A stretch of DNA of 63,305 bases, counting the filler, from Lophium mytilinum (Eukaryota), in NCBI GenBank assembly GCA_010093605.1. It is 15 parts of 8 records of this genome, joined end to end, with 100 filler letters (N's around TTAATTAATTAA, not from the genome) between each part and the next. Parts side by side here need not be neighbours in the genome. Positions count along the whole stretch, not along the records: positions 32,875 to 39,238 come from MU004202.1; positions 39,339 to 41,388 come from MU004202.1; positions 41,489 to 49,205 come from MU004203.1; positions 49,306 to 52,349 come from MU004203.1; 11 more parts are not named here. One strand, written 5' to 3'. The translations under genes and the position numbers were made by a program. Positions 38,001-52,349 of this stretch are shown piece by piece. The notes under the pieces were generated by a model. The model had not been told where the DNA came from and did no database searches. It worked only from the letters and a program-made list of their open reading frames with translations. The stretch's first letter is position 1, and the number at the start of each line of letters is the position of its first letter.

Positions 38001-39238
38001 GTAAACTTACTAAAAGACTTAACCGCTAGCTAAAAAGACGCCTAAAATAGGCTAATTGCGGCTCTAATATAGCTAGAAAGCTACTAACTATTATTTAGTA
38101 AGTAAGAAACTAGCGCGCAACTATTCCGCAGGTAGCTAGATAAGTAGAAGTAATAGAGGTGTAGTAGTATAGAAGAAGAGGTTAGTATAAAAGTAAGAAA
38201 GTTAAAGCTACTAGGCAGTAAATAAGTTTATAGGCGGCCGGGCTAATAGCCGCCGGCCGCTAAGACGCTAAGCCTTTAATAGTAAACTACTTAAGTTAAC
38301 TCTTAAGATTAATGTGCTAGCTATATATTATATAAGGTTAAAATATTGCGGGTATAAATATATTAGCGTTTTACTTAATTTTACTAATATATAAGTATTT
38401 ATAGTTAATCTATAATACTATACTATATATTACCTAGTTCTAGTAATATAGTACTGCGCTAAGATAGGTTAATAGAATATTACGCGTTATTATATAACTA
38501 TTTACCTATAGTATAAGGGTCTTACTAGAAAGCCTTTCTACTAGGGCCCTTTACTACTTATATTAAGCACGCCTATTATTACCTCTCTTCTTATATATAT
38601 TACTGCTATATATCTACTAAATAAGTATTTGCGTACTATATAAAAGCCTAGCTAGAAGCCTTTCTACTAATACTCTTTATATCTTATACTAATTACTTTA
38701 CTACCTTTATTATTAATAACTCTTCTTTATAACGCCGCCTCTACTAGTCTACCTACTAATACTTAACTCTATATACTCCTTAGAACTCTTCTACTTAAGC
38801 CTTATTCTTCTAGGCCTCTTACTCTAAGTCCTCTAAGTCCTCTATTTCTAAGCTATAGTTACCTAAACTCTCTTTATACTTATACTTTTTATCTAATAAC
38901 TAACTACCTATATCTCTCTCTTACTCTTTCTATATTACTAAATAATTCCGGAATTCTTTAATTATTAGAATTCTACCTAAATAAGCTCTTAGGCTATTTA
39001 GTATATAGTGCTTAAACCTAAGCTAGATATATTTTAGATTAACTTAACCCCTAGGGCCTATAGTGTTATTCTCTATTATTATTATCTTTAACTTTCCTAG
39101 GCTTCTCTAGGTTATATTCTATACTTTCTTTGCAACTATGTCTATACTAAGGTTAACTGCCCCCCCTTAAGCCTATTCTTTAATATATTAGCTTAGTTAG
39201 GCTACCTTATAGTAGTAGCTATTTAGTAGTTATATATA
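35045..39238 (-). repeat. Inverted copy of 20558-24751 (truncated inside the SNF2 gene)
   Basis: Collinear reverse complement, more heavily RIP-mutated. Abuts the element left end at 35044/35045 with no gap. Confidence 0.95.
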
Positions 39239-39338
39239 NNNNNNNNNNNNNNNNNNNNNNNNNNNNNNNNNNNNNNNNNNNNTTAATTAATTAANNNNNN
39301 NNNNNNNNNNNNNNNNNNNNNNNNNNNNNNNNNNNNNN

Positions 39339-41388
39339 GCTTTAAACTACTACTTAATTATTTTAGTTAAGAATATAAGAGCTTCTAGTTAAGTATTATA
39401 AAAGGGCGTAATATTCTTAATAGATAACTTAAGTATAATCTTATTACTATTATAGATTTTATTATATACTATACTACTAATATAGCTATAGTTACCTACT
39501 TAGAGCTCTACTATTAGAGATAACGCGCTCTAGGTAAGATAGTAGGGGTATAATATTATATAAATCTTTTCTTTTCCGCTATTATAGAAGTAAGTAGCCT
39601 AGTAGTTATTATAGCTAGTTTTACATAGAAGGGTAACCCTAGTATCTAGCTAATTAGTAGTTAGAATATCTTTATATCTATAGTTAACCTATATCCCCTT
39701 ATCTAGTATATTAATTAGGTTTTTATTAAAAGTAGTAGTTAAAGTATATAGTAGCTAATCTCTACTTTAAATTATACTTAAGGACTTATATACTATTTTT
39801 AGATTATAACCTAAGACTACTAGAAATACTTCTTTAAATAAATCTTTAGGTATAGTATCTATTTCTATAAAGTTTTCTATATTATAAAGAACTTAGTTCT
39901 AGAATTCTTAGAGTTAATACTATAGAATTATATACTTAGTATTAATATAAGAGTCTCTAGATAATATTATATATTTTTCTTTCTTAATACTTACTTTACT
40001 CTATATAATATTAAAACTATATAGTATATACTACTACTTATTAGATATTAAAGTATACTTTACTATAGGTAAGATAATATTATTAAGCTAAGCTACTTAT
40101 ATTATATTTAGTAGATGCAAAGTATTACCCTTCTACTTATTTAGTATTAGCATCTAGGGGAAAAATATATAAGTTTTAAATTAATACTTATACCTATACC
40201 CTATATAAAGCTACTTTATTATATAGAGCTTATAGCCGCGTATTATAATATATTAGTTTTAAGTAATGCTTTAGAGAAAGGATAGTTATAGAGATAGTAA
40301 GAAGTATAAATTATAGGCCGTTAAAGTAGAGATGCTAATAATAACGCTATTAATATTATATACTTACTAGATTTTAATCTCTTTATTTACTATAAAGCTA
40401 GCTTTAGACCTTATAAAACTAAGCCTTAGAGTTTCTATATTACTAGTTTCTCTACTTAATATTAATTTCTATAGAATATTATTAAAGTTATTAGAATTAT
40501 TCTCTCTCTATAATAGCTCTAGTTAGCTTATTAGATAGAAGGCTATATTAGCTATAATAGGCTCTTATTAGAAGGGAAGGTTCTAAGCTAGAAGAAAGCT
40601 AGTAACTTAGCTAAGGAATCTACTTTAAGGAACTATTATATAGTTACTTACTATATTATAATATTAGCTACTATATTATCTAAATAGAAAAAGTTAAGAT
40701 ATATAGTAAGTATACTAGACTTCTAATGCTAATTAGATTATACTTACTATATATAGAGTATTTACTAATAGATTATTATACCTATATATATTAGCTTTAT
40801 ATAAACTATAGGGCTTATAATACTTACCTATTAGAGTCTATCTTATCTATAACTTTATCTATAATCTTACTATTACCTTTACTATTTAAGGCTATATTAT
40901 CTACCCTACTATCTTAATTCTCTAGCGTAACTTTATTAAGTAAACCTAGTAATTTATCTATAGTATCTTACTATTCTTATATATATATATCTTCTCTACT
41001 CTCTTTAACTCTATTATCTAATACCTTATCTATATCTATACCTGCTTCTATCTTATTCTTAAGTTAGGTAAATTTCTCTTCTATAACCTTAGTTACTAGT
41101 ATTAGGCGGAGAGATAATAAGGCAGTATACTACTCTATCTAAACCTAACTATTATTATACGCTAGTTATATAAACTAACTTATATTAGCTAGCATTTTCT
41201 TCTTATCTATTTATTCCGCAGCGTCTATTCTAGAGAGTACTTCTACAGCCTTATTTTATTGCGCTAAGAATAATTCTACTATAATCTCTTTATTAGTTAT
41301 TTATATAAGTATATAGAGTAGTAATATAGTAATAAGGGCTAGTATTTAGTATTATATTATTAGTTCTAGTTATATAGAAGTAGAAGCT
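39339..41388 (-). repeat. Inverted copy of ~17115-19164
   Basis: Both ends and the interior match the reverse complement, with heavy RIP. Confidence 0.93.
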
Positions 41389-41488
41389 NNNNNNNNNNNN
41401 NNNNNNNNNNNNNNNNNNNNNNNNNNNNNNNNTTAATTAATTAANNNNNNNNNNNNNNNNNNNNNNNNNNNNNNNNNNNNNNNNNNNN

Positions 41489-44400
41489 AGTATTATTACG
41501 CTTATTAGTAATATATAGAGAAAATAATATTATTTAGATATAGTAGTATTTAAGAGAAAGAAAAGTATTAAAATATTAGATATTAGTAAAAAACTAGTAC
41601 GCTTATAGATATAGGCGCAATTTATATTATACCTTACTAATACTAATAGAACTATTCTAACTATGCCTATTAAAGCCTATATTATTCTAAAGCTAGACTA
41701 TAGTCTACTTCTAGAAATTAATAACTTATAGCTAGTAGGCCTTAGTATTATATAGAAAGATAAAGACGGCCTAAATAGACTTTAGGCGCAATAATATATA
41801 TTTCTACTAACTATCTTAGCTAAGAACCTACCGCCTAAGGTAAAACTACTAAAGGTAAAAGTATCTAGAGCCTTTCTTACTAGAGATATTATTATAGAAC
41901 TAGGATAAGGCCTAAATATCTCTATCTATAGCGTAAGTAGAGTTATAGGCCTATATTTATTTAAACCCTATATAGACTTTATTAATAAATATAAAGGTAT
42001 TTATAGCCTTAAAGTAAAAGTATTACTTTTAACTATAGATAGTAGTATACTATTTTTAAACTTTAGTATATATACGCTTATTCTTAAGAAAGAATAATAG
42101 CTAGAATATGTCTAGCTATATTATAATAATACTTCTATAAAAGACCTAGATATAGGTATAGACTTTATTAATATTTTTAAAACTAGCGTTAAAAGTAATA
42201 TAGAAAATAGAGATATAGATATATTAAACGCCGCCGCCTAGAATACTAACGTCTAGAATATAGATATATAGAACGCCGGCTTAGTAAAAGAAGAAGCTAT
42301 TAAGAAAGATACTAGTAAGAATACCGCCGGCGTATTTATTTAAGCTCTTAACGCTACTATAGATAAAGATAATAATAAAGGGGATATACTCTTTATTATA
42401 AACCCTATAGAGGGCGATATAGATCTCTCTAAAGCCTATATCTTAAACTATTTTAGATAGAACTTTAGTAATAAGCTATATATACAGCTCTATAGTTACG
42501 CTAAACTTTTTAATAAATATCTAGACCTTTTTAATAATAGTATAGAAATGCCTATCCTATTTATAGATAAGATAGATATTAAGAGCTTAAAGTAAAGAGC
42601 CTATAGACTCTTAAAGTAGAATAAGCGTACTATAGATAAGGTTCTAGATCTACTTATAGAGTAAGGGCGCGTAGAAAAAGTCCCGCTAGGGTAACCTTTA
42701 GTAGCTGTATTACTAGTATTTATAGTCTAGAGAAATAGTAAACTAAGGGTTATTATTAATCTTAAAAAGATTAATATAAAACTATATCTAGATACCTACC
42801 TACTACTATAGTAAGATAATATCTTTAATCTTTTAGGTAGTATAGTTATCTTCTTATCTATAGATATAACTAAAGGCTTCTTCTAGTAGAGTATAAGAAA
42901 AGCTAATTACTAGAAGATAGGCTTTATAACTATATATAGAGGGTATAAATAGCTTATAGTTTCTATAATAGGCCTAGTAAATATACCCGGCTTCTTTTAA
43001 TACTATATAGAAACTCTATTTATACTATACCTATAGAAATTTATAGCTATCTATATTAATAATATTCTTATCTACTCTAGATCTAAAGAAGACTATCTAT
43101 ATTACCTTAATAAAGTTATAAACGCNNNNNNNNNNNNNNNNNNNNNNNNNNNNNNNNNNNNNNNNNNNNNNNNNNNNNNNNNNNNNNNNNNNNNNNNNNN
43201 NNNNNNNNNNNNNNNNNNNNNNNNNNNNNNNNNNNNNNNNNNNNNNNNNNNNNNNNNNNNNNNNNNNNNNNNNNNNNNNNNNNNNNNNNNNNNNNNNNNN
43301 NNNNNNNNNNNNNNNNNNNNNNNNNNNNNNNNNNNNNNNNNNNNNNNNNNNNNNNNNNNNNNNNNNNNNNNNNNNNNNNNNNNNNNNNNNNNNNNNNNNN
43401 NNNNNNNNNNNNNNNNNNNNNNNNNNNNNNNNNNNNNNNNNNNNNNNNNNNNNNNNNNNNNNNNNNNNNNNNNNNNNNNNNNNNNNNNNNNNNTATAGAT
43501 GCGCTATATATTAAATTAGATCTAATAGAATTAAATAGCTAGTTCTTTTTATTAGCTAATTACTAAAAAAGTATAAGTAAAATTACTAGGCTATAGAGTT
43601 AAAAGTAGGCGCCCTAGTCTAGGTATTATAGAAACTCTAATACTATCTAGATAGTAATAACTTTACTATATATATAGACTATAAAGCCTTAAAGTTAGCC
43701 TTATAGATAGGCGGTAAGAATAGATAGTTAGCGCGCCTAAGAGAATAGAAGCTATATCTATCTATATTTCTATCGCGGATAATAATTATTTATAAGCTAG
43801 AGAAATACTATAAGAATATAAATAGGCTTTTATAAATACCTACTATCTATAATAATATTATAGCTAAGGGCGTAGTAGATACTACTACTACTAGCCTTAC
43901 TACTATAGTTATATATATTAAGAACGCGTATAAGAAATAAATCTACTTAAAGCTAAAGAAGAATAAAACCTTTAAAGTTATTCTAGAATACCTTAGAATA
44001 AGAGTAAAATAAGGTAATAAGATCTACTATTACGGGTTTTTCTTAGATAATAGCCTCTTATACCTAAAAGGTAGTAGTAATAAGTAATATCTATACTTAC
44101 TAGGTAGTATAGTAGACAACGCCGTTAAAAAGGCACATAATAAAAGCGGCTATAATAGCGCTAACTAAGCCTACTATTATCTTAGGTATAAAATCTATAT
44201 ATCTAAACTATATTAGAAGATTAATAAATAGATACTAGTATACCTAGTATATAAGACCTTAAAACTAAAAAATTAAAAGCTCTATAGATAGCTCTAGCTA
44301 GTATAAATACTAAATAGGCCTTTTATAACTCTTATAATTAACTTTATAGTAGTACTACTCTTATCTACTAATAGTAATAATGCAATTATAATAACTACTA

Positions 44401-45380
44401 ATAAGTTCTTTAAGGCTATACGCCTGCTACTAGAAAAGAAGATAGATATAGCTAAGATATAGGCGCATTACTTCTTTAATTAGATCTACTATAATTAGAG
44501 CCTACTAGAAGTAATTATTAGTAATAGAGACCTAAAATTTATAAGCGCCTTTTAGATAGAGCTATTTAGATAATATAAGGTAGACCTTTAGATAATAATA
44601 TTATACTATCTATTTATAGATAGGTAGGTAGAGAGAACTAACTAAATAGTAGAAATAACCTTATACTATCTACTTATAGAATAGTATAAAATATAGTAGT
44701 AGAAGCTTCTACTATAGATAGAATATACCCTTAATATAGTAGTTAATGCCTCTAGTAGGTATATACTATATAAGATTATATATAGTCTTATACTAAAAAT
44801 ATTCTATAGTACTAATATAGATAATATTTCTATTCTAAGAAATAGAAAGGTACTATACTTTAATATAGTTAATACTCTTAAACTAGCCTAGGCTAAGATA
44901 GTAGCGTACTATAATAAGAACTATACGCCTCTAGACTTAAAAGATTCTATCTACCTTAAGGTTATTAGGGGCGTCTATTATAGCTATAGGCTTCTAGATA
45001 GTAGCTTACTATTACTAATTTAAGTAGGCCTATTTAAGATTATAAAGTATATTAGCTACTTAGCCTATAAGCTTAAACTCTCTAAGAAATATAGATAAAT
45101 CTACCCGGTTATTAGTATTACCTATCTAGAATAGGTAACTCTAGATTCTTTCTATAGGAAGCTTCTACCTCTATAGCTAATTATTATAGATAGCTATAAT
45201 AAATACATTATAGAAAAGATTATTAGGCGTAAAACTATAGAGGAAGGGGACGTCTATAATATTAAATAGAAAGGGTATAATAATAAAAAGAATATTATAG
45301 TAGAGCCGGTTAAATAACTATATAAAAATATTCTATAGATAGTAGAGAAGTTTAAGGCCTATAGGCACTCTTATTAGTAA
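41489..45380 (+). mobile_element. Second Ty3/Gypsy family pol relic (RT, RNase H, integrase, chromodomain)
   Basis: YPLP..DDIF (~42795), DMTKGFFQ-like (~42862), MGLxNTPGFFQ (~42967), YIDDILIYS (~43052), ELEVGALVW and TDHxAL (~43596-43690), HHCC (~44135-44255), DGQxERTNQ (~44618), chromodomain IKWKGY (~45260). Spans an N gap. Confidence 0.92.
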
Positions 45381-48300
45381 TATAATTATGATATTTTTAG
45401 TATTTTTAGTATTTATAGCGAAATATAGTTCTAGCATTACTAAGCTAAAAAGGTAGTAAATTACTAAAACTATAGATATTAAACCTACTATTTATAACTT
45501 TACTATAATAAACTCTTTCTCTATAATATAACTCTCTAATAATATCTACTACAGCGCTACTATTATAGAGCTAAAATTCTAGCGCCCGGGTAATAGAGAT
45601 AGTACTATTTTAGATAATATTATAGAACGCTAGTAAAGCTACCCTAGTAAATCTATCCCGCTAGCTAAATATAACTTTATACTATATCTATTCTACTATC
45701 TAATTAACTATATATATTTACCCCTATTATAAGTACTATTTATAGACTAGTATATTAGAAAACTTCTAGCCTTACTTACTACTAGTAATATTTCCCTCTA
45801 TAAGCTTTATACTAATTAGCCGGCTACTTTTACTAAGAAAGGTAAGGTATTACTTATAAGAGAACTAATAGGCCTATCTAGCATAGAAGCTAATAGTAGG
45901 GTCTATATTACCTATAATAAGGTTATTCTTTTTAATACCTATAGTATATAAAGGGGCCTTACCTATAAAATACTTAAGCTAATACTAGTATAAGTAAAGA
46001 TTATTATTATACCCTTTAAAATAGTTATAGACTATCTTCTAGAGCTAGAATTAGTTATATACTTAGATCTAAATTATACTAAGAATATTACTATTATAGC
46101 GCCTCTACTAGGTAATATCTAACTAGAGTATAAAGTATACCTAGTAGGTGGTATATAGAATTATAACCTATATATAGTAGCTAGTATTAATATTAGCGGT
46201 AATAATATTAGCTAGCCGCATAATAGAAATAAGGGCCCTAGAGAAGTAGATACTAAAGCTAAAGGCGTTAAAAGCTATAATATTTTTAATAAAGTTAATC
46301 TAGCCGCTAATAGAAGTACTAAAGAGAAGCTACCTTCCCTATTAGATAAAGTAGCTCTAGCTAAAGTAGAGGAATATTATTATAATAAATAATTTAAAGA
46401 GACGGGCTAAGTTCTAGATAATTTAGGTAACCTAGACACGTTTACTATAGAAATAGTAGAGAGAAGAGTAAAAAAGATAGAGCTAGAAGTATAGCCTTTA
46501 CTAACTCTATCTAGGTAGCCCTAATATAGAATAGATACCTAGTAGATAAAGCTCTAGATAGTAGTTAATATACTACTTATACTCTTAATAATAGCGTTAC
46601 TTAAGACTAAAATTATCCCCTATACTTCTACGCCTAGGCCGCCGCTAGAATTATTAAATATAATAGACGTAATAGGGGATTATATAGAAGTATAGAAGCT
46701 TAATAGAAAGATAGATACCGCTATTATAGTACTTAAAGGCTAGAAAGAAGTTAATAGTAATAATAGCGCCGGTATAGTAAATATTAGTAACTTAATTAAC
46801 TTACCTAATAATATTATTCTAGAGTAAGGAAGCCGGTAGCGCATATATAAAAATGCATCTACTCTAATTAGTAAAATAGTATATAGCGCTAGTAATATCT
46901 TATACGCGTATAAATATAATAAATAATAGTAGAATATAGTTTATAATAACTAGTAAGCTATAGTAGCTATAGGTAAGTACGCTATATTTATATATATAGT
47001 ACTTAGAGAAGAGATAAAGATAAGAAATAAAGAGTACCTAAATACCCTAGACTATAATACTTTTCTAGAAATATTAAAGTAGTAATTCTACTTTAAGTAG
47101 AACTAGAAGACTAAAGAAAAGAAAGAAAATAATATTAAACTTAGCGTAGCAATTAATAGAATTATTAAGTATAAGACTATTATTAATACCTTTAATAGTA
47201 AATAGGCGCGCCTACTAGCTAAATAATATATTCTATCCTACTATTCTATCTAGGGCCTTAGATATAGCTACTAGAAATATAAGGCCTAAATAGAAAGCTA
47301 TAAGAATACTATTAAATCTCTTTATATAGAATTATATAAAACGCGCGTAGAGCTAGTAATAATAAAATAAGTAGTAAGAAAGATATTCTTATCTATTATA
47401 GCTCTAGTAAAGATAACCCCCGCTAAAGCCTAGCCTATAGCAATGTAGCTAACTCTAGTAATACTATTATTAAAGTAAGCTATAGTAATACTAGTAGAAA
47501 TAGCGGCGCGTACTATCTATACTTAATTTAACTATAAGAAGGCCGCATAGTAATTAATAAAAACATACATAAGCCCTATCTAGAAGTAATTATTATAAAT
47601 ACTATAGATAGTAGTAAATTTAGTAGTAATAGTAGATCTAAAGCTTTAATATAAGCTATAAATCTATAATAAGTAGATATAGCTTCTATAAGATACTATA
47701 GGTATATATATAGGCTACTATAATATAGTATATCTTAAGATAAGTTAAATAGTATAGATAAGAGTAAATAATCTCTATAGCTATAGGTGCACTAGTAGTA
47801 ATATAGCTATAGGCGCTAGTAGACTTAATATTATTACTATTAAGAATGCTATAGTAGATACTATAGTTAGATTAATTACTAAGATATACCTATATCTACT
47901 ACTAGACTTTTTTTACTTTACTAAAGACTAATATACTACTACTTCTATATAAGATATAGAGCTTATAAATAATAATACTATACTATAGATACTACTAAAG
48001 AGAAAAGAAAAGCCTCTACTAGTAATTTTTACAGCGCTAGATAGATAGATTTATCTCTTACTAATAAATAATAGTACCTAGTAAGTAAGTATACGCGCTA
48101 TAAAGGTAGTATCTATATCTATATTAGTAACTACTAAGATACTTATAGTATTTTTAGTGCTAATACTCTCTACGCCTACTAAAGCTACTGCGGCGCTAAT
48201 ACCCTCTATACTATAAGCTAGCACGCTAATACTATTAAAGCCTACTAAAGCTACTATAGTAATACTACTAAAGATAATACTACCGGCTATAAGTATAAGA

Positions 48301-49305
48301 GGTATAGTAATACTATAACTAAAGTAAAATATATCTATACCCTCGCTAGCTAATATTAAACGCCGGTAGGTACTTAAGGCTATAAATAAGAAGCGTAGAG
48401 CTATAGGCGTTACCGGTAATATTCTTAAGAAGCTAAAGCTAAGCTAATTACCTAGCTTAACTACCTAGAGCTAGTTACTAAGGCTTAATTACTCTCTAAT
48501 ATATATATTCTAGATGTATATATTCTATATATACTTACTACTAGTATACTTACCTTAGTCTTTCTTTTTCTTTCTCTAGGTATAGGTAGTATAGTTACTA
48601 AGATAGTAACTTTCTCTATAGGGGCTTCTATAAGAAATATAGCTATTAAGTATATATATATCTCTAGCGTATATATACTAGCTAGTATATATACACCCTA
48701 TATAGTTTTATTATAAAGAGCCTTATACTTAATACGCTTTATAATATAAACTTATCTTTAATAACTTAATATGCCTATACCCTATATTTATACTACACGC
48801 TTATATTTCTTATATATAGTAAGATATATTTCTAGGTATTCTTCTATAGTTCTTATATAGCTAGTACTAATAGTTAGGGCTAGGCTACCTCTATCTTCTT
48901 AAGAAACTCTCTTTAGGTCTCTTAGCTCTTATTAATATTATACTATATAATAGTAAGTATATTAAGTTACTCTAATATTAGGTATCTATAGAGTCTTTAG
49001 AGTTATTTATTATAGCCTAGCTAGCCTTAGTATAGAGCTAATAGCTTACTACCTCTTCTTTCTAGATAGATAGCACCTAAGTTATATTAAATTATAATAG
49101 TCTAGCGTTATTACTATAGATTATTATTTAAAAGTAGTATAGTATTTTATAGATAGGCTATAGAGTTCTATAGAAAGGCTATAGGCTATTATAGTAAGGC
49201 TATAGNNNNNNNNNNNNNNNNNNNNNNNNNNNNNNNNNNNNNNNNNNNNTTAATTAATTAANNNNNNNNNNNNNNNNNNNNNNNNNNNNNNNNNNNNNNN
49301 NNNNN

Positions 49306-51895
49306 CTATCTTCTCTTTATATATAACTACTCTAGGTATATATAGATAGAAATAATAAAGATAAAAGGTAAAGTAGTAAAAAAGATTTAAAAGTTCTATA
49401 TTATAATTAAAAATTAGTATAGCTATTAGCTAAAAATACTCTATAGTAATAATAGCGGCGAATTTATTAACTTTTTAGTTAAATAGATCTACTAGAAATA
49501 TAGAATCCTTTATAAACTTACTACTTCTTATAACCTAGAATAAAATAGTATAGTAGAGATTAGAAATAAAAAGATCTAGAATATTATATAAGTGTTACTA
49601 AAAGATATAAATATATTTTAACTTACTTAGTCTAAATTAGTTAAGACTACTATCTATATTCTAAACTAATTACTAACCTCTAGACTTAAGAATAATATTA
49701 CGCTATATAAAGCCCTATTTAGTAAGAAGCTAGATCTCTTTTATATGCATATTATTAGCTTAACTAGCTATATATCTATCCTATAGACTATATTACTAAG
49801 AAAGATAGATAACCGCGCCTATAAATATATTCTCTTAGGCTATAGAGGCACCTACTAATACTAAGTATAGCTACTAAAATTAGAGAAGATTATCCTTATT
49901 TACTATACTATTTTTAATAAAGAGAAAATATATAAATTATATAAATTCTACCTATAAGTTAATATAAACTAAAAAGTACTAGAACTAGCGCTAGAACTAA
50001 TAGTACTATAGAAGCAGCTATAAACCTAAATACTTACTATTAACTAGCGCCTAGAAGATAAGCTATAGCTATAACTAGTTAAAACTAAGCTTAAGGGGGG
50101 ACTATTATACTGCATAAGGTTAAAATACTATATTAGAGTTCTTATAACTAATACTAGTAATATCTATAATTTAAATATAGCTAATACGCGGGAGCTTATA
50201 ATTAAAGAGCTTATAGCTAAGGTTAAAACTATAATTACCTACCTATAATAATCTAACTTTATTTATACTAATATTAGTTATACTATATAGAGCCTAATAT
50301 ATATAGTTAAAGCCCTCTAAGCCTACGCCTATAATATTATTACTATACCTACTAAAACTAACCTAACTAAACCTACTATATATAAGTAGGCTATATAATC
50401 TAAGTAATATACTAAATAGAATATAGCTATAAAAGATAAACTAGCCTTACTAGTAGAAAATAATATATAGTTTATAGTACCCTATTTAAGAGATATAATA
50501 AAGGTTCTATAAGGTAAATAGATATATAAACTTAAGTAAGACGCTAATAGCTATATTAGCTATTTTAAAGTATAATAGGTAGTACGCGGTTTTAAGTAAC
50601 GCTATAGAATTAACTTTAATAAAACCTTTACTATAGTAGTTAAACTAATAAGCTATAAAGCTCTATTTACTCTTACTATCTAAAATAGTTAGTATATCTA
50701 CTAAATAGATATTAAAATAGCTTTTCTCTATAGTAATATTAATAGAGACGTATATATAGAATTACTAGATAGTACTAATACTTTAGGCTAAGTTTATAAG
50801 CTTAACCGCGCACTCTATAGGCTAAAATAGTTACTACGCATTTAGTATTAAACGCTAGCTAAATTCCTAGCTATAATTAACTATCTACTAGCTTTAGAAA
50901 ACTATAGCGTCTTTATCTATAAGAAGAATAGTATAATTCTAATAGTATATATTAATAATCTACTTATCTTTAATCTAAATAAAAAGAATATTACTAGCCT
51001 AAAGGTAGTACTTACTATATACTTTAGTATAACTAATATAGATAATATCTTCTACTATCTAGGTATATAAGTTATAAGGGATAATACTATAGTCTACCTC
51101 TACTAGTTATAATATATTAATAAGATTCTTAAAGACTTTAACTTTAAAAACCTCTCTATAGTTAAATAACTAATAGTTAGTAATAGCTACCTACTACTAG
51201 CGCTAGATAAATACCGCGCCTTAGAGGAATTTAGAGTATATTACTAATTAGCTATTAAATTACTAATATACCTTATACTAGGCACGCGGCCTAATATTAT
51301 ATATATAATCTTATAAGTTAGCTAATTCTCTACTAATCTAATAGAAGCCTACTAGAGCACTATTAAAAAGATCTTCCGCTACCTTAAAGGTATAAAAACT
51401 CTTAGACTTATCTTTAGTAAAGTAGACCTTACTAGCTTCTTTAATACTAATTAGGCTAGAGACTATAATTAACGCTCTACTAGCGGATATATTTTTAAAC
51501 TTAGAAACGCCGCTATTAGCTAGTTATCTAAGCGCTAAAATACTACTACGCTATTAAGCTATAAAGCTAAATATATTACCGCAGCTAAAGTAGCTAAAAA
51601 AGCTATCTAGCTAGAATACCTACTAGTATATATTAGATATAAAGGGGACTCTAAGATTATACTTTATATTAATAATAAGGGCGCTATTAGCCTAGCTAAG
51701 AACCCTATTAGCTATAACTAGATAAAATATATTAAACTCTAGTAGTACTTCCTCTATAAGAAAGTTAAGAAAGAACTAATTAATATTAAGTTTATTAGTA
51801 CTAAGAAATAAATAGCTAATAGACTTACTAAGCCGCTATTAGGAGATACCTTTAACTAATTTATTAAAGATATAGGCCTTAAATACTATCTTTAA
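49306..51895 (+). mobile_element. Ty1/Copia pol relic (integrase, RT, RNase H)
   Basis: SDNGGEF (~49445), PEQNGxxE (~49535), QMDIKTAFL (~50702), ALYGLKQ (~50810), VYIDDLLI (~50945), TRPDI (~51283), DADWA (~51443), KHI (~51724). Integrase precedes RT. Confidence 0.93.
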
Positions 51896-51904
51896 GGTGT
51901 AAGT

Positions 51905-52349
51905 AAGGGGAAGTATATACTAATAAAGTACGCCCTATATTAGTTATAGTAAGACCTATATTAGTTATAGCTTATATTCTTTAAGTAGCGCTAGTAAGGG
52001 CCTATAATATACCGCTTTATACTAAGAATTCTTTAACCTATATTAGTTATAGTAGTTAGCGCTAGTAATTCTAGTAATCTATATTAGTTAGAAACATCCC
52101 TAGATATATAGCTAGTCTACTTTTATACTAGAAAACTAGCTTAAAAGATATATAGATATAGCTATAATATATAACCTAATATTATATATAATATATATAC
52201 TACGCGGAAATATACTCTAGAGTATAGAAGAACTAAGATAGTATTATCTTTATACTAATAATATTAATAGCGTCTTCTTATATAATTAAGGTAGAAAATA
52301 AACTATAGACTTGCCTACCTACTATTTTAATACTAGATACTCCCCCTAA
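51905..52349 (+). repeat. Probable polypurine tract and 3' LTR of the Copia relic
   Basis: AAGGGGAAG right after the pol end, then TA (RIP-mutated TG) and non-coding DNA with short internal repeats (CCTATATTAGTTATAG x3). No partner LTR in the window. Confidence 0.5.
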
